Positions 54,493 to 64,000 of a DNA stretch of 64,000 bases are shown piece after piece. Under the pieces are notes generated by a model, which had not been told where the DNA came from, did not search any database, and saw only the letters and a program-made list of their open reading frames with translations. A program made the position numbers and the translations under genes. Position 1 is the first letter of the stretch, and every line of letters begins with the position of its first letter. Source of the stretch: a virus; the IMG/VR virus record IMGVR_UViG_3300000115_000005; one strand, given 5' to 3'.

Positions 54493-54522
54493 TTGACAAA
54501 GGGGTTGACAAAATGTTACTCT
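54493..54522 (+). promoter_or_regulatory. antisense sigma70-type promoter candidate
   Basis: TTGACAAAGGGGTTG, then a TG-extended TACTCT 18 nt after the -35; shares its core with the early promoters. Confidence 0.45.
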
Positions 54523-54567
54523 GGCTGTGTTCCGTTTGATGATTAATATTAAGGTCCTTTTTAAGAC

Positions 54568-55542
54568 TCATATGATTTGACTACCCTCTCTACTTAGTTT
54601 GAAAGGTACCCAAACTTTAATACAATTGAGAGCTTGTTTAAATTTTTCTTGTTTTTCTGGTGGTACAACAAACATAAAGAAACCACCACCCCCAGCACCC
54701 ATTAATTTTCCACCTAATGAGCCATTTTTATCTGATAACTCAAATATATCATCTAGCTTTTTATTTGTCAAATCACTTGTCAAATGTTTTTTAAATTTCC
54801 AAATAGCTTTTAACATACTAGATACTTTTTCTATATCACTTTCTTCTTCTATATAACGAATGCCCATATTTGCAACATCCATTATTTCATTTAAATAATT
54901 TTTATTTTTACCAATTTGTTCTACTTGTTTTCTTGATTGTACTTCAGCAATTCTATTTTTACCTGAAAAACCTAAAAGTATATGGTCTTCCATTTCTTTA
55001 ATATATTCTTCAGATATATTTACAGGTTCTACTTCCCATTCAGGCCCAAGACCAGCAGTAATTTTATTTATACCACCATATGCAGCTGTAATTTGATCTT
55101 GTATGCCAACACTTTCTTTATTCAAGTGTTGTTCTACATGAATAGCTTGTAAGGCTAAATCTTTAGAACTAAGTTTTATACCTTTTTTATGATATAAAGC
55201 ATTTAAAAGGCCAACTGTAAAAGATGAACTAGAACCAACACCAGACATTGCTGGCATTTCACCATCATGTGTTATAGTTAAACTATCATCTACTTCTAAA
55301 AGCTTTAAACAGTTTCTTACAGATGGATGATCAATATCATCAATCTCACTTATCATTTCTATTCTTGAATATGATACCCTATACTTGTAACCAAAATATG
55401 GTGGTAAATCTTTAACACTTAGATAACAATGGTGATCTATTGCAGCTGAGATAATTCTCGACTTATTGAAAGTGTACCAATCTGGGTAATCAGTACCGCC
55501 GCCAAAAAGTGAAAGACGATATGGTGTTTTTGATATAATCAT
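54568..55542 (-). CDS. hddA: GHMP kinase, D-glycero-manno-heptose-7-phosphate kinase-like
   Basis: PYRLSLFGGGTD, SGVGSSSS, GIQDQ..AYGG, KLMGAGGGGF. Confidence 0.88.
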   Translation of the reverse strand: MIISKTPYRLSLFGGGTDYPDWYTFNKSRIISAAIDHHCYLSVKDLPPYFGYKYRVSYSRIEMISEIDDIDHPSVRNCLKLLEVDDSLTITHDGEMPAMSGVGSSSSFTVGLLNALYHKKGIKLSSKDLALQAIHVEQHLNKESVGIQDQITAAYGGINKITAGLGPEWEVEPVNISEEYIKEMEDHILLGFSGKNRIAEVQSRKQVEQIGKNKNYLNEIMDVANMGIRYIEEESDIEKVSSMLKAIWKFKKHLTSDLTNKKLDDIFELSDKNGSLGGKLMGAGGGGFFMFVVPPEKQEKFKQALNCIKVWVPFKLSREGSQII

Positions 55543-55543
55543 A

Positions 55544-56464
55544 TTAAAAACTTTCAGATGTTTGTATTATATTTTCTTTTGAAAGGTTGTTTTTATTCAA
55601 TAAATATTCTCTACCACCATTTTCAAAAAAGTATTCTTCAGGTAAAGTAACAGCTTTTATTTTAGGAAAGAGACCATTTTTACTTACCCATTCCCATACT
55701 GCTGATGATAATGAGCCTGATGGTGTTTGTTCATCAACAACAATAATACCATCACTTTTGTTTATCTGTTCTGTAAGCTCTATATCATAAGGAAAAGGCT
55801 TAGACTTTAAAATATCAGCAAAGGCAAAACGATCATCTGAATCCGATATTTCTTTACAAACGTGTGACATTTTACCATGAGATATTAAAAGTTTAAAATC
55901 TTTTTCTTTAGGATTATGTACATAAACATCTCTGACTTGGCCAGTATGTGTATCACGTTTATCATACATATCAGGTAAGTCATCTCTATCTAATCTAACA
56001 TATGCAAATTCAGGACGATCTAATATTCTTTTTGCAATATTAGATGCAACGATTGGATCAGAGGCCGTGTAAATGTTAGAGTTCACTATTGACCTAAGAC
56101 AAGCATACTCTTCCGTGACGTAGTGTGTTGGTCCTGAGTCGCAATATCCTATACCAACACCAACTGAAATTAAAGTGATAGGTAAGTTCATAATTCCTGG
56201 CCCACACTTAATTTGTTCTAAAGCTCTCATTGAGAGAAAAGGTGCCATAGCATAACAAAACACTTTCTTTCCTTCAAGTGCAAGTCCTACAGCTACATCT
56301 ATCATAGCTTGTTCTGATATGCCACAATGTATAAAATTATCTGGGTAATCTTTTCTTAGATCATCAAGAGCCGGTGCTCCGAAGTCTGCACTAAGAAAAA
56401 AAATATCTTTATCAAACTTTAAGTTTTCTTTAATTCTTTCTATAAAGGCGTCACGCTGATACAT
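55544..56464 (-). CDS. transketolase C-terminal (pyrimidine-binding) subunit
   Basis: LSADFG, CGISEQAM, RALEQIK, GPTH, YVRL; likely start MYQRDA. Confidence 0.92.
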   Translation of the reverse strand: MYQRDAFIERIKENLKFDKDIFFLSADFGAPALDDLRKDYPDNFIHCGISEQAMIDVAVGLALEGKKVFCYAMAPFLSMRALEQIKCGPGIMNLPITLISVGVGIGYCDSGPTHYVTEEYACLRSIVNSNIYTASDPIVASNIAKRILDRPEFAYVRLDRDDLPDMYDKRDTHTGQVRDVYVHNPKEKDFKLLISHGKMSHVCKEISDSDDRFAFADILKSKPFPYDIELTEQINKSDGIIVVDEQTPSGSLSSAVWEWVSKNGLFPKIKAVTLPEEYFFENGGREYLLNKNNLSKENIIQTSESF

Positions 56465-57257
56465 TATTAATCTCCTTACGACATTGTTCAATTTCTGCTT
56501 CACTCATTTTATTCATATAATGCCAATTAGGTTTGTTTTCCATTAATGAAAAACCTTTACCTTTTACAGTTCTTGATAAGATTATTTTTGGCACATCCAC
56601 TTTAACATCTAAAGCTGATTTTATTTCCGAAGTTGAATGTCCATCAACATCAAATATTTCAAAACCAAAACCTTCTAATTTTTCTTTAATAGGTTCTAAA
56701 CTAACACAATCTTTAGTTTCACCTAAAATAATTAAATTATTGATGTCTATAAAAATTGTTAAGTTTTTTGGTTTGTAATGAGCTGCAAATATTAAAGCTT
56801 CCCATGTTGAGCCTTCATACAGCTCACCTTCGCTTATGACAACATAAACATTTTTTGTATAATACTCTTTGTTAGATTCTGCCATACACATACCTAAACC
56901 AACTCCAACGCCATGACCTAAAGAACCTGATGTTACGTCAATACCTGGAATTGATATATTACCAAAAACTCTTAAACAAGAATCTTTTGATCCCCAATTA
57001 TCCCACTCTTTTTGTGGTATGATACCTAATTTAGTAAGTATAGGATATAGTGTAACAGTAGCATGACCTTTACTAATTAAGACTTTATCAAAATTAGGCC
57101 GGACAAATCCACCGTGATATAAGGTAGTTGCTATTTCAACCATAGAAAAAGTCGAACCTGGATGACCTTGGCCAACTTCTACAAACTTTTCAAATAGTTC
57201 TGATCTGTATTCTTGAGCTTGTATTTGTAATTCATTATCATTCATATCAATCTCCAT
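56451..57257 (-). CDS. transketolase N-terminal (TPP-binding) subunit
   Basis: GHPGS, ISKGHA, SGSLGHG, SEGELYEGSTWEA, TVKGKG..WH. Confidence 0.92.
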   Translation of the reverse strand: MEIDMNDNELQIQAQEYRSELFEKFVEVGQGHPGSTFSMVEIATTLYHGGFVRPNFDKVLISKGHATVTLYPILTKLGIIPQKEWDNWGSKDSCLRVFGNISIPGIDVTSGSLGHGVGVGLGMCMAESNKEYYTKNVYVVISEGELYEGSTWEALIFAAHYKPKNLTIFIDINNLIILGETKDCVSLEPIKEKLEGFGFEIFDVDGHSTSEIKSALDVKVDVPKIILSRTVKGKGFSLMENKPNWHYMNKMSEAEIEQCRKEINNVSA

Positions 57258-57273
57258 TCACTTTTAATTATAT

Positions 57274-58782
57274 TTAATCTCCAAGTATTTTTCTTTTCAA
57301 CCTTATTTTTTCCATTTCAATTACATTATTTCTTGATTCAACACCAAACTTCTTTTCAACTAAATCAATAAAAGGTTTATGAGTAAAATATTTGTGCCAC
57401 GCATCATCTCTAAATTTTAAAACTTCTGCACCTGTAAGGTATTTAGTTCGTAGTGGCCGACACTCATAGGATAAAAAAGCATACTCTTCAAATCTATCTG
57501 GTATATCCCAACCTTGTTTTCTTGCATACAAGTGTAATGGACTTCCTGGAAGAGCCATAGCTGCATAGAAGTTTGCGTGTTCAGTATTTAACTCAAGTGC
57601 TAGGTCTAATGTTTCTTGCATATTACCATAATCTTCTTCAGGAAAACCAAACATATAATTACCGAGAATGTTTATATCAGCAGCTTTTATATTCTTCACA
57701 ACTTCACGAATATTTACCTGTTTAAATCTACCCTTATCAATTTCTAATCTTACTTGTTGATTACCAGCTTCTATACCTAAACACAGCCAATTAACACCAG
57801 CCTTTTTGAAAAGTTCAAGTTGATCTTTTCTTACAGAATCAACTCTAGCATAAGCCCAAAAATTAAACTTCAATCCTCTTTGTATAAGTCCTTCAAGAAT
57901 AGGTACATAATACTTTCTGTTTAAGAAAAACATTTCATCAGTTAATCTTACAGTCCTAACACCTTGTTCATAAAGATATTCAAATTCTTTTAATATTAAT
58001 TGAGGATCCCAGAATCTCATACCTTTTGAATCAGCTGAAGTTACATCATTACCATGTGATGTTCTATTTACAATATTAATCATACAAAAGTTACAAGCAA
58101 AAGAACAACCTAATGAAGTGTATATAGCTGCAAATGGTGTTCTGTTTTCATGTGAAAAATTAGAGTGCCAAAAATGGGCTCTATATTTTTTCAAGTCTAT
58201 TAAATCCCAAGCATAACCTGGCATCATTGTATTCATGTCTTTTGTTTGAACAATTTTTCCTGGAGTAGATGGTCTCGGTAAACCTTTTTCTTTATACCAT
58301 ATACCAGGAACTTTATCTAACTCATCTTCAAAATTAGTTTCAAGTAAAGCTAAAAGACCATATATTCCTTCATTAATAAAAGCAAAGTCGCAATAATCTT
58401 TTTGTACAACTTCATTAGGTAAAGCTGAAGCATGAGAACCTATGAAAGCCGTTTTTAAATTTGAATGACTTTTTTTAAGTTGACTTGCAAGAGATGAAGC
58501 ACCAATCATCATAGTGGTGCCTGAATTTGGATTTTGTCCATATAAAACAAACACAACTAATTTTGGTTTGTATGAGTTTATTTCATCAGCGGCTTCTTCA
58601 TCAGATTTATAATCGGCTTCATAATCTAATAATATAGGTTCATAACCTTTTGCACGAACAGAATTAGCTAATAGTAATGCCCAAGTGGGAGTTTCTATTG
58701 CTGAATGAGTTTTCGCTAAATCTTGATATGCTTTTTTACCAACTGATGGTATCACAAATACTACTGGCCATTGTTTATTCAT
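57274..58782 (-). CDS. B12-binding radical SAM protein (class B methyltransferase-like)
   Basis: N-terminal B12-binding Rossmann domain (GSHASALP, EG), GCSFACNFC, DEMF, GIEAG, MFGFP; likely start MNKQWP. Confidence 0.92.
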   Translation of the reverse strand: MNKQWPVVFVIPSVGKKAYQDLAKTHSAIETPTWALLLANSVRAKGYEPILLDYEADYKSDEEAADEINSYKPKLVVFVLYGQNPNSGTTMMIGASSLASQLKKSHSNLKTAFIGSHASALPNEVVQKDYCDFAFINEGIYGLLALLETNFEDELDKVPGIWYKEKGLPRPSTPGKIVQTKDMNTMMPGYAWDLIDLKKYRAHFWHSNFSHENRTPFAAIYTSLGCSFACNFCMINIVNRTSHGNDVTSADSKGMRFWDPQLILKEFEYLYEQGVRTVRLTDEMFFLNRKYYVPILEGLIQRGLKFNFWAYARVDSVRKDQLELFKKAGVNWLCLGIEAGNQQVRLEIDKGRFKQVNIREVVKNIKAADINILGNYMFGFPEEDYGNMQETLDLALELNTEHANFYAAMALPGSPLHLYARKQGWDIPDRFEEYAFLSYECRPLRTKYLTGAEVLKFRDDAWHKYFTHKPFIDLVEKKFGVESRNNVIEMEKIRLKRKILGD

Positions 58783-59254
58783 TATTTTTTCCAAAACCTT
58801 TTTCAAAAGTATTTACTAAATTTTCCACCAACTCTCTATTTTTGATATGTTCTTCTTCAACATCATCTTTTGATTGTCCATGATATTTAACAGCTACTTT
58901 ATGATAAACCATCAATTCATTAAGTGTTGTCATAGTATTAAGACCTATATCATCAGATAATTTAGAATTACCGGGTAAAAGAAACTCACCTAAAACACGA
59001 CCAAATTTACCTGATCTATCTTTTTGTGTTTTTAATGTTTGCATAGAACCTACCGGTAAATATGTTTCAACATATTTTTTTGCAAAAAGTCCATATTTTT
59101 TTTCTACTAAATCTCTGGTTCTAGATTCTGGTGTATCAATGCCATATAGACGTATTCTTTCTTTGTGTATCCAAAGACCAAAACCTAAGTCAATATCAAC
59201 ATCTATTGTGTCACCATCAACTATTCTTACTATTTTACAATTATATTCAAACAT
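58775..59254 (-). CDS. thermonuclease (SNase) family protein
   Basis: IVDGDTID..RIRLYGIDTPE..GKFGRVLG. Confidence 0.9.
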   Translation of the reverse strand: MFEYNCKIVRIVDGDTIDVDIDLGFGLWIHKERIRLYGIDTPESRTRDLVEKKYGLFAKKYVETYLPVGSMQTLKTQKDRSGKFGRVLGEFLLPGNSKLSDDIGLNTMTTLNELMVYHKVAVKYHGQSKDDVEEEHIKNRELVENLVNTFEKGFGKNNE

Positions 59255-59255
59255 A

Positions 59256-59669
59256 TTAGTGTACCCGTTTTAGTGTTCTTTTTTCTTTTAAAGCTTGTCT
59301 AATTTCACTTATTTCATCCTCATTTAAATCTGACTCATCTTCAAATATTTTATCTTCGCCGATTTCTTCCATTCTCTGTTTAGCATCAATTACTATATTT
59401 TCATAATATTCTTTCATTTCACCTTTAGGTTCAAATATAGTTAATACATTTATAGAATCTATAAGTGCTATGTCATCTTGCACCATTTCTACTGGCAGCC
59501 ATGGTAACATATACATCATTGGGCCTGCTTTTTGTGATGGTGTTCTTTTAAAAATTATGTGCATTGGATTTTCCAATGTAACTTTTTTTTCTTTTTTATC
59601 TTCTGTAAAAGAAGCTATCACATCTTCTCCAGATTTTAATCTTACTATTTTTATCTCTTTATTTTCCAT
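59256..59669 (-). CDS. conserved T4-like protein downstream of uvsW
   Basis: KIVRLKSGEDVIA..NPM..LPWLP..YY. Confidence 0.75.
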   Translation of the reverse strand: MENKEIKIVRLKSGEDVIASFTEDKKEKKVTLENPMHIIFKRTPSQKAGPMMYMLPWLPVEMVQDDIALIDSINVLTIFEPKGEMKEYYENIVIDAKQRMEEIGEDKIFEDESDLNEDEISEIRQALKEKRTLKRVH

Positions 59670-61125
59670 TTTTTAACTCTATGTTATAAAATTTGTAAGG
59701 AAACTTTTCCTCATCATAAATTTTACACCTCTCTATAAAATGTTTGATTGTATAATTAGCAAACTTACCTACACGAAAATCATCAACTATATCAAACAAG
59801 GTGGCTTTTTCTTTTTGTTCACTTTTACGGAGACCCCTCCCTATTGATTGTAGATTTCGTATTCTTGATTTAGATGGACTTGCAAAGATTATATTATGTA
59901 GATTACGAATGTTGATACCGGTACTAAAAGTACCATAACTGGCCACAACAATTGCATCTGTTTCAACTTCAAGAATTGATCTAACCGATTCTCTAATCTC
60001 TGTATCAGTACCACCAAAAACAAAAAATGTTTTTCTTTTACCTGACTTTTCTTTAATAGTTTCATATAAATTTTTACCATGTTTTTCAACATATTGATAT
60101 AAAATTAATGTATTACCATCTAAAGATAAAGTTAAGTTGCGAATAAAGTTATTTCTAGCTTGACATTTGACTATGTAATCTATTTCTGTATTATAGTCCC
60201 ACTTTCTAGCTTGTTGTTTTATTACTTCATCATATTTTAAAATTAAACACTTTATTCTAAAATCAGCAAGTTGTCCTCTCTCTATAAGTTCTGATGTTGT
60301 TGTAGCTTTATAAACAGGGCCAAAGAGTCCTTCTAAAACTAATCTATGTGTCTGAGTACCATCTAAGGTGCCTGTTGTTCCTATCCTGTATTTAGAGTTA
60401 ATGCAATTTGATAGTATCGTAGTAAGTGATTTGGCTTTAAATTGATGTGCCTCATCACCAATTACAAAATCAAACTGTTCAAAATATCCTTTGTCATTTT
60501 TATATACTGATTGCCATGTAGATATTGTTAAAAAACTATTTGTGTGTTTTTCTTTACCTGAATATTGGCGATGACAATACTTGTCGGAATCAAAACCATA
60601 AGATTTGAAATCTGTAAACATTTGTTCAACAAGTGAGGTAGTTGGTACGATTAAAAGACCTTTGATATGATCTTTCATCAAATATCGTATAATTAAATAA
60701 AGTATGAGTGATTTACCAGATGCTGTTGGTGATAGTATAAGCCTTCTTTTATTTCTTATACTTTGTACAAATGATTGTAATTGATAATCTCTAACTTTAA
60801 AAGGTAAATCTAATGTCTTGGTGAAGTCTACTGCCTCAACTAGAGATAGAGAATGTGTTATGTTAACATCTGGAGATAGTTCGAGCTTATAATCTCTTTC
60901 GGAACAAAATTTTTTTATATGGGGAATTAGCCCATAATATATTGTTTTGTTTCGCCGGTCAAATAGACAAATTTTACCATCCCATGATCTGTTCCTGTAG
61001 GCCGGCATAAAACGATAACCAGGAACGTGAAAAGTAAAATAACCAGATAATTCCATTTCATAGTGTGGCTCACATTCGACTTTTAAGAAAGCTTCATTTA
61101 ATTTATGTAATACTATATCACTCAA
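59659..61125 (-). CDS. uvsW: SF2 helicase UvsW
   Basis: RDYQ, SPTASGKS, GDEAH, QSIGRGLR. Confidence 0.97.
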   Translation of the reverse strand: MSDIVLHKLNEAFLKVECEPHYEMELSGYFTFHVPGYRFMPAYRNRSWDGKICLFDRRNKTIYYGLIPHIKKFCSERDYKLELSPDVNITHSLSLVEAVDFTKTLDLPFKVRDYQLQSFVQSIRNKRRLILSPTASGKSLILYLIIRYLMKDHIKGLLIVPTTSLVEQMFTDFKSYGFDSDKYCHRQYSGKEKHTNSFLTISTWQSVYKNDKGYFEQFDFVIGDEAHQFKAKSLTTILSNCINSKYRIGTTGTLDGTQTHRLVLEGLFGPVYKATTTSELIERGQLADFRIKCLILKYDEVIKQQARKWDYNTEIDYIVKCQARNNFIRNLTLSLDGNTLILYQYVEKHGKNLYETIKEKSGKRKTFFVFGGTDTEIRESVRSILEVETDAIVVASYGTFSTGINIRNLHNIIFASPSKSRIRNLQSIGRGLRKSEQKEKATLFDIVDDFRVGKFANYTIKHFIERCKIYDEEKFPYKFYNIELKNGK

Positions 61126-61560
61126 TTATATACCTTGTATAAATTTTTCCCAATCAATTAATGATCTAAGTTGAAACGTCCTACTATGTAATTCCTTTAA
61201 TATACTTGTACATAGTTCTACTATTTCATCATGATAAACTTTTGTTGCCATGTACTTACTTAAATCCGTATCACTCTCTAAATATGTATTCAACTCGGAT
61301 TTGAGTACATACTGAAAAGGTTCCCAACCTCTTTCTTTTAATTCTTCTTGACTCATCTTACCTGTATAATATTCCCACTTCACTCTCTTAAGCTTTATAT
61401 ATTTAAACTCAGCATCTTTTGAGAGTAGTCGGTGTCTTGAAAGAATATTAAGATATTTACTGTGTAAATTTGGTACCTTAGATAATTCTTTGCCTGGTTC
61501 AGTACGATCTATATCACAATCTTTTTTCCATAATTCAAGTAGTTCATCAATTTGTTTCAT
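61126..61560 (-). CDS. uvsY: recombination mediator UvsY
   Basis: PNLHSKYL, KWEYYTGK, YLESD; next to uvsW. Confidence 0.9.
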   Translation of the reverse strand: MKQIDELLELWKKDCDIDRTEPGKELSKVPNLHSKYLNILSRHRLLSKDAEFKYIKLKRVKWEYYTGKMSQEELKERGWEPFQYVLKSELNTYLESDTDLSKYMATKVYHDEIVELCTSILKELHSRTFQLRSLIDWEKFIQGI

Positions 61561-61566
61561 AATTTA

Positions 61567-61581
61567 CCTCCTTCTAGGAGG
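61567..61581 (-). promoter_or_regulatory. RBS-sequestering hairpin of uvsY
   Basis: CCTCCT-AGA-AGGAGG, 6 nt before the ATG. Confidence 0.6.
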
Positions 61582-61593
61582 GTACACTATTTT

Positions 61594-62130
61594 TTATAAT
61601 TTTTCAACATTATAATAGGCAAATCTGAATGTGGCATCAGCTGTAAGTATCTCATCAGGAGAATCTGCTGAGTTAATTACAAACGTAGAAAGTGTGGTAG
61701 GAAAAGCATCTTTAAATTTAAACCTAAATCTAGGATTATTTGATGATGAAAATAAGGTAAGTGAGGCATCATGAAATTGTGGAAATTTAGGTAAGTTACC
61801 AGCTATTTTATTTAATTTACTCATATTTTTATAATCTGCATAACCCTCAGGGAATGACATAGCACGAAGCCAATCATGTATTTCCAACCAACTTTTTAAA
61901 TCTTCATCAATTAAAAATGTTACGTTTAATAAATCATACATTGGTTTATCACCAGGTGAAAACAAATCCACAAATGGTGTATTAAACATGGCTTCACCAA
62001 TTGATAATCCAGGCACAGTTACAGATTGGCAAAAATATTGCAAATTTGGTGCTCTCGCAAACGAAAATATAAATTTATTCGGATGTAAGAAATTAGGATT
62101 ACTAGGGTTTGTATCTGATATGCCTGCCAT
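61594..62130 (-). CDS. 3: tail tube terminator / tail completion protein gp3
   Basis: NFLHPNKF, YFCQSVTVPG, FLIDEDL..W.EIHDW, FKDAFPTTLS. Confidence 0.88.
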   Translation of the reverse strand: MAGISDTNPSNPNFLHPNKFIFSFARAPNLQYFCQSVTVPGLSIGEAMFNTPFVDLFSPGDKPMYDLLNVTFLIDEDLKSWLEIHDWLRAMSFPEGYADYKNMSKLNKIAGNLPKFPQFHDASLTLFSSSNNPRFRFKFKDAFPTTLSTFVINSADSPDEILTADATFRFAYYNVEKL

Positions 62131-62134
62131 CTTC

Positions 62135-62142
62135 TATTTATA
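62135..62142 (-). promoter_or_regulatory. T4-type late promoter TATAAATA
   Basis: exact motif just upstream of the gp3 ATG. Confidence 0.75.
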
Positions 62143-62163
62143 TAAGTTTGAAAGGCGGAAACC

Positions 62164-62192
62164 AAAAAAAAAGAGGAACCGAAGTTCCTCTT
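62164..62192 (-). terminator. rho-independent terminator after gp23
   Basis: AAGAGGAAC-TTCG-GTTCCTCTT plus a long T tract. Confidence 0.9.
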
Positions 62193-62210
62193 TTAAAGTA
62201 AAACAAAAGA

Positions 62211-63551
62211 TTACATCAAGTTTGAAACTTGGAAAGTACGATAATATTGATTCGTATTAGTTGTAATCGCACCTTGAGTTGTAGCTGCAGTACCATCAGC
62301 AAATGGATTAGATACTAGACCATAACGAGTCTTAAATCCAATTTTTGGTTGGAATGTATCTTGACCAACTGCTCTGACCATTTGTAATGGAACATATGGA
62401 CAATAGAACAGGCCAGCGTCATAAGCATTTGAACCTTTATATCCAACTGTACAAAACTCATTAGCTGAACTTGCAGGCGTATAAGGGTCAATGTAGACTT
62501 TAATTCTTCCAAACATAGTACCAGCAAATGTGTTTCCAGTATCATCTACTTGAAGATTTACTTGTCCTTGTAAAGCTGAATTGTAGTCGAGTAAACCTGC
62601 CATAGCGAGGGCTGATGCCACATCACTTGAGCAAATCATCATATTACCTTTTCCTCTACGAGTCAACTTGGCGATAGCATTTGCTTCACGCTCTATTTGG
62701 AATGCAAGACCTTTAACTTTCTCAACCATCCAACGACCGTTTGAGTCAGTATCTAAGTCAAATCTACCTCTTGCTACTGTACCAACACCAGCACCAATCA
62801 CGGAACTCATGTAAATAGCACGAACAACTTCACGATTGATTTCAGCAAGTATTTCTGCTGATAAGATGTTAGATAATTCTGTTTCAGCGTCAAGACCGTG
62901 AACTGCTTTTAAGTCTTGTGCAAGTTCCATGGAATACTCTGCTTTTAGAGCTCTTGTCTTAGCAGTTACGGTTACTTTCTCAATTGAGAAGGCCATTTCA
63001 TGGAAAGTGTTACCTGTATCTCCGCCTAAAGCTTCTGCCTTAGATGTTGCCATACCGAAATCAGGAACAGCGTTACCAGTAAATACAGCGGTTGGTGGTA
63101 CACCTCCAATTGCGAGTGCTTGTGGAGAATTACCTTCTGAAGCAGAGTGAGCCGTATTAGCCTCGTTATAAAATGCCTCATCACCACTTTGATTATCAAA
63201 TTTAGCTCTCATAGCAAAGATAAGGCCGGTTGGTCCAGTCATTGGCTGAACACCGCAAATATCATACGCAATAAGATTTGGTAAACTTCTTCTGACTAAT
63301 GAAATAAGAATTGGATCAAAACCAGCTACTGGAGCGGCGGCAGAGCCTCCGAAACCAGCGATACCAGCATCCGTTTGTGAAGCATTGGTTGTTGGTGTCT
63401 CAGTCAACATTCCTGCTTTTTTCATTTCAATTGCTTGATTCTCAAGAATTACGGCTGTTACCGCTTTCTTGTAAGGGTCGTCAATCTTTGGTAGATCAGG
63501 ATGATCTAAGACTCCTCCCCATTTTTTTTGTAGACTTTCTGAAAGATACAT
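62211..63551 (-). CDS. 23: major capsid protein gp23
   Basis: LENQ, LIAYDICGVQPMTGPTGLIFAMR, ELAQDLKAVHGLDAE, FQPKIGFKTRYG. Confidence 0.99.
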   Translation of the reverse strand: MYLSESLQKKWGGVLDHPDLPKIDDPYKKAVTAVILENQAIEMKKAGMLTETPTTNASQTDAGIAGFGGSAAAPVAGFDPILISLVRRSLPNLIAYDICGVQPMTGPTGLIFAMRAKFDNQSGDEAFYNEANTAHSASEGNSPQALAIGGVPPTAVFTGNAVPDFGMATSKAEALGGDTGNTFHEMAFSIEKVTVTAKTRALKAEYSMELAQDLKAVHGLDAETELSNILSAEILAEINREVVRAIYMSSVIGAGVGTVARGRFDLDTDSNGRWMVEKVKGLAFQIEREANAIAKLTRRGKGNMMICSSDVASALAMAGLLDYNSALQGQVNLQVDDTGNTFAGTMFGRIKVYIDPYTPASSANEFCTVGYKGSNAYDAGLFYCPYVPLQMVRAVGQDTFQPKIGFKTRYGLVSNPFADGTAATTQGAITTNTNQYYRTFQVSNLM

Positions 63552-63576
63552 CTTTTTCTCCTAGTTCTAGTTTATG

Positions 63577-64000
63577 TTATTTTTTTGATTTTGAAATAGC
63601 GTTGGAAACTGCACTAACAAATGGATCATGAGCTTGTTCAGCTGGTAAATCAACCTGTTCGTTTAATGCTGTTTCTTGATCAGCTTGTACTGTTCCCTCT
63701 GTGGGAAAATAATTTTCACGAATGACTGTTACTTTTTCTACAAATTCGTCCTCTGTGGAGAATTCGACACTTTCTGCAAGTGATTTAATTTTCTCATATT
63801 GAGATTTAGTAAGTCCTTCGCATACATCTATGGTGATTTCATTCTTTTTTGCTTCGACTAATGCCTTAGCAAATGTCATACCTTTTTCCATCTCTTCATC
63901 AAGCTGAGTTTCTAACTCTTCAACTTTAGTCGCTAATTCATCAACTAAATCAACTTTATCTTCAGGAACATCAATATAATGCTCTTTGAATAAATCTCTT
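63577..64000 (-). CDS. 22: prohead core scaffold gp22 (3' part; gene runs off the window)
   Basis: FKEHYIDVPEDKVD, GLTKSQYEKIKSLAE, IRENYF; directly upstream of gp23. Confidence 0.9.
   Translation of the reverse strand, partial: RDLFKEHYIDVPEDKVDLVDELATKVEELETQLDEEMEKGMTFAKALVEAKKNEITIDVCEGLTKSQYEKIKSLAESVEFSTEDEFVEKVTVIRENYFPTEGTVQADQETALNEQVDLPAEQAHDPFVSAVSNAISKSKK

Noticed and set aside
50-63631. All plus-strand ORFs in the track (e.g. 4810-5124, 12603-13025, 13925-14332, 43575-43901)
   Set aside because: They are antisense shadows of well-supported minus-strand genes, with no recognisable motifs

Overview
The window is 64 kb of an AT-rich, T4-like (myovirus) phage genome, with essentially all genes on the minus strand. 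Read along that strand, it carries the head genes (gp22 end, gp23, gp3), uvsY/uvsW, gp55, gp47/46, CobS/CobT-like genes, gp45/44/62, regA, hsp20, gp43, uvsX, gp41, a late-promoter block of probable capsid-internal proteins, spanins, primase gp61, thyX, nrdA/nrdB, denA and mazG. The accessory load is rich: NAD-dependent formate dehydrogenase, alternative oxidase, IscU, peptide deformylase, class-3 lipase, a phasin-like gene, four 2OG-Fe(II) oxygenases and two sugar-modification clusters, one of which has a B12 radical-SAM enzyme, a split transketolase and a heptose kinase. This suggests an aquatic proteobacterial host, possibly a methylotroph (inference). The five strongest leads are: (1) a 65-nt minimal tRNA-Gly-like RNA with a GUGC T-loop directly behind a DruA/DUF4338-like gene, a candidate glycyl-tRNA-dependent modification system; (2) modular polyproteins of basic mini-domains separated by gp21-type cleavage linkers; (3) a phage formate dehydrogenase together with AOX; (4) a nested out-of-frame gene with a strong SD; (5) a multi-hairpin RNA inside a CDS. 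All family calls come from recognised motifs; no database search was run.
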